A DNA stretch of 59,175 nucleotides, the filler included. It is 6 parts of 6 records of this genome, joined end to end, with 100 filler letters (N's around TTAATTAATTAA, not from the genome) between each part and the next. Parts side by side here need not be neighbours in the genome. Positions count along the whole stretch, not along the records: positions 53,292 to 59,175 come from SRR20825019_1577; 5 more parts are not named here. One strand, given 5' to 3'. The notes beneath the pieces are model-generated. The model saw only the letters and a program-made list of their open reading frames with translations, did no database searches and was not told the origin of the DNA. The position numbers and the translations under genes were made by a program. This document shows, piece after piece, positions 57,101 to 59,175 of this stretch (position 1 is its first letter; each line of letters starts with the position of its first letter).

Positions 57101-59146
57101 GTGGTCCATGACCCGGCAACCCGAAGTGATTGCCTCCAAACTACGCCAATATCGAAGGCGAATGCCAAGCAAAGGCGTGGTCGCGCTGGTCGCACCCAGC
57201 CCGGTCATTACTACAAGCTTTATAGCCAACACACCTACAGTGACATGCCGGACGCCACTGTGCCTGAAATTCTTCGGACCAGTGTAGCAGGGCTTGTCCT
57301 CTACCTTGCTGCCCTTGGCCAGTCCCCTCGCACCGTCGAGTTCCTTGATCCGCCTCCGGCTAATGCAGTAGCCGATGCGGATGTGCTACTGAAGGAGATC
57401 GGCGCAATGGACAGCTGTGGAGCGATCACCACGCTCGGCTGTGAAATGGAGAAGCTGCCTTTGGAGCCCTGTCTTGCGCGTTCAGTCATTGCTGCCAACG
57501 ATCGTGGTTGCGTCGACGAGGTCCTTGTCATAGTCGCAATGCTTTCTTCCAAGGGTGACCTTTTTATCCGTGGTGATAATCTCGACGAGGGTACCAAACA
57601 ACGAAAGGAGTCCCTTGTCCACATGTTCGGCGATCATATCACCTTTCTCAATGTTTTCAATAGATATGTTGAGGTTTATTTTGATGAAGGACCTGATGCT
57701 GCCCAAGCGTGGTGTAAAGATTTCGGTGTGAATGTCCAGACATGCGATGAGGTGTGGACAACATGGTGTCAGCTTGTCCATGATGTTGAAGAAAGTGGTC
57801 TGTACGTATCATCTGCCCATGGAGATGGCCCTGTAGCAAAGGAATACCAGCGGACATTTCCACGAAAACATCAATGGACCTGCTTATGCAAGTGCGCCAA
57901 CCGTGAATACCTGTCACAATGCAGTCGCTGTGGATCGGACCGGCCTTCCCTGCAAGACGTTGCTCGACAAATGGAGGCTGTGCGACGCAGAAACAACGTT
58001 GGCTCGGATCCGCACTACACAGCGGTGCGTCGTGCGTTTATAGCGGGCTTCTTTATGAACGTCGGGAGGCCTAGTGGTCGGCACAACACTTATTACCACT
58101 TCAGGACAGGTGCCATGATGATGCCCCATTTCACCTCCACGCTGCGCGGGGTGCGAAGCTGGCAGGGCAGTACCGAAATGAAGATTGATGCAGTGGTAGG
58201 AATGATACTTCAAAAGATAGAGAAGCCATCATCCAGTGTGGATGTACAGTCTTGGAACGTATCCGATATGATAGACCAATCCCATCAACCCCTGCAGGAG
58301 GACGGCGTGTATAATGACACCGTACTATTCCACTCCTCTTCGATTTCAAGGCCCGGCAAGGTCATGCGTGGCTGTATGATGATCGACAGCAGGTGGCTGG
58401 CAGATGAAATTCCTTCTCTCTTCGCCATGGTGAACAACGTGGTGGTGGACAGGGTGATATTCAGCGGAGTCGCCACCCTGACTGCCAGTGGGCTCAGGCG
58501 AGTGGTCCGCAAAGGGCTCCTTCATACCTCTTTGGAGGGGATCCAGCGGGCCACTTTGCTGCCTCGCCGGAATGCCGTACTTGTGGTTGGAGAAATCCAA
58601 GAGCATGTGGACCAGGAAGTGCATCGGATCACTGAGGCTGGTCGCACATACCCTGAGGAGACTCGGGTATTTCCGGATTTCTCTTCGTTTGCAGCCACAG
58701 CTCTGATCAGCAAAGACAACAACTACTACAAGACCATCATGTGCGAGTATGAGTGTATCGTATATCCGCAATGGGAGAGAGGAAGCAAAGCCAGCAGTAC
58801 GGCTCTGCAAATGAAGGGGCAGCCGGCTGACCTGGATGCGCTAGAGGAGTATCTGAGGCAGAACATGAAGAAGTGGCATTTTGTTGGCATGGAGGCGGCA
58901 TGGGCCGCTGATCCCGGAGGAAAGTGCATTACAACGTGTACTATCCCGAACTGCATGGTGGGTAAGCTGATTGGTAAGAAGGGGAGCAACATTTCGCAGC
59001 TGAAGGATCAACACGCCGAGGTCAAGATCGTAGTCAAGAAGAACTTGGGCGCTGGGCAGTGCCCGGTTGTTATCACTGGTGGTAAGACAGCCGTGGATAC
59101 TCTGTGTGTACACCTCTGTACCACGTATGGAGCTCAGGTGGCATAA
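54143..59146 (+). CDS. DEAH-box RNA helicase fusion: HNH-like x2, Hint (Vint-type), DEAH/HELICc/HA2, RanBP2-type zinc finger, OB-like region, KH
   Basis: Helicase motifs GPPGSGKTT (aa 692), TQPRVVAA, TDG, DEAH (aa 790), SAT, FLPG, STNVAETSVT and QRRGRAGR; Hint motifs CF (aa 403), LTPGHP, VYNI and SLGH (aa 532); zinc finger WTCLCKCANREYLSQCSRC; KH motif IPNCMVGKLIGKKGSNI. Confidence 0.88.
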   Translation: MAKCGEDFAVNKGEGHKGKKGGKWADTVASKGEDQDEDAPKTSAHQSHKSEYWRDPAAQQERRRLYKKTASQQGREDRSDEMHASHLFGCDRVSHMAKEGLIPNDEDILELVRNQFKGLDVKNVRMTNATTNAEVHTAIAKEFNEVVNDKEKKITAFTTKQGCEVTKSEIQARAKGEIKLAKEMGLMRFKEVHKHFKDVAKAVELDGRVVGNNTKTFETVKEARETLRKEARAKAEAKKELSNGNVPKTIADKLVDDKVASRDTPGPVRVYICKRDNYKEDVHKANQRLDKYRYLDRHGKDTPRMLRSALEKDGVKMDKYQIGHVYPRAGSTDKSINSVKNLFIQHATDNDKLSSLPASSGELLAAGRYALVLHRYGLGRVIVDPEKLPDEMKDGHDKFEKPCFDREVRVNVISPEPPYDSHGWHRICDLEPGDHVRSADGGAARVMRVTCSHVGSDILMCGQADNSTDPLWLTPGHPLRIKGKWIRPSEQWERISRYQDAVYNIYVEPPSPICISACPDGAVQFEASSLGHPTPGIAGEANDSWLQASSAQAGVCKWLLQFDEFHVNLTYRGSLADVEAARDAGHHYRLIPLSTPLATSMARTQICKVRTKRGVRRCEIIDDPTINDDDGDMHAVFLVAESEDVLERAARIMDTNDGAAKILQARERLPSAKSKAEVIEMVARNDIVVISGPPGSGKTTQVPQYLLESGLVPPNLGIVCTQPRVVAAREVAGRVATERGVVVGSEVGYNVRFDNMTSRETRMHFVTDGIILREINMDPLLSKYGVVIVDEAHERGKNLDLALAQLKKSVVERKRNHEADPSLPLLRVIVMSATMDTDKFSSFFFGAPIVQFTGRAFTVSERFIGGGLPPQAWANPESVASSAVDAVLTISRDEGHQPGDVLVFLPGTAEIEAAVSMMRHKFKKKSDALPLVILPLYSKLPKEQQKKVFRPVCDGNRKVVFSTNVAETSVTIDGIVHVVDSGLKKEVVHDPATRSDCLQTTPISKANAKQRRGRAGRTQPGHYYKLYSQHTYSDMPDATVPEILRTSVAGLVLYLAALGQSPRTVEFLDPPPANAVADADVLLKEIGAMDSCGAITTLGCEMEKLPLEPCLARSVIAANDRGCVDEVLVIVAMLSSKGDLFIRGDNLDEGTKQRKESLVHMFGDHITFLNVFNRYVEVYFDEGPDAAQAWCKDFGVNVQTCDEVWTTWCQLVHDVEESGLYVSSAHGDGPVAKEYQRTFPRKHQWTCLCKCANREYLSQCSRCGSDRPSLQDVARQMEAVRRRNNVGSDPHYTAVRRAFIAGFFMNVGRPSGRHNTYYHFRTGAMMMPHFTSTLRGVRSWQGSTEMKIDAVVGMILQKIEKPSSSVDVQSWNVSDMIDQSHQPLQEDGVYNDTVLFHSSSISRPGKVMRGCMMIDSRWLADEIPSLFAMVNNVVVDRVIFSGVATLTASGLRRVVRKGLLHTSLEGIQRATLLPRRNAVLVVGEIQEHVDQEVHRITEAGRTYPEETRVFPDFSSFAATALISKDNNYYKTIMCEYECIVYPQWERGSKASSTALQMKGQPADLDALEEYLRQNMKKWHFVGMEAAWAADPGGKCITTCTIPNCMVGKLIGKKGSNISQLKDQHAEVKIVVKKNLGAGQCPVVITGGKTAVDTLCVHLCTTYGAQVA

Positions 59147-59151
59147 GCACA

Positions 59152-59175
59152 GGGGGGGGGGGGGGGGGGGGGGGG
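59152..59175. repeat. Terminal poly-G run
   Basis: G homopolymer running to the window end; may be a sequencing or assembly artefact. Confidence 0.6.

Noticed and set aside
59152-59175. Telomere or functional G-tract
   Set aside because: It is a pure homopolymer at the sequence end and cannot be distinguished from an artefact.

Overview
This window is not one locus. It is six unrelated contigs joined by artificial 100-nt spacers (N44-TTAATTAATTAA-N44 at 15485, 21242, 34310, 42353 and 53192). Four contigs (1-15484, 15585-21241, 34410-42352, 53292-59175) come from a gene-dense eukaryote, probably a protist, with short GT-AG introns of about 41-75 nt and very GC-rich islands at gene 5' ends. 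One contig (21342-34309) is a Flavobacteriaceae core region: sprA, gcvH, a VanZ-like gene, two tonB genes, remB, an MBL-fold hydrolase and cyoE. One contig (42453-53191) is a proteobacterial mobile island: a GInt-like module of three tyrosine recombinases plus a small gene, followed by a mer operon and a cadR/cation-transporter pair. The best candidate for an undescribed system is the uninterrupted 1667-aa ORF at 54143-59146. It fuses two HNH-like nuclease motifs, a Vint-type Hint (self-cleavage) domain, a complete DEAH-box RNA helicase, a RanBP2-type zinc finger and KH domain(s), which suggests an RNA sensor with a releasable nuclease. Splice reconstruction also reveals a secreted Shewanella-like phosphatase fused to plant-type LRRs and a CCCH-DTW fusion. 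An SLC1-family transporter lacks both conserved Na+-site aspartates. All calls come from motif recognition by eye; no database searches were run.
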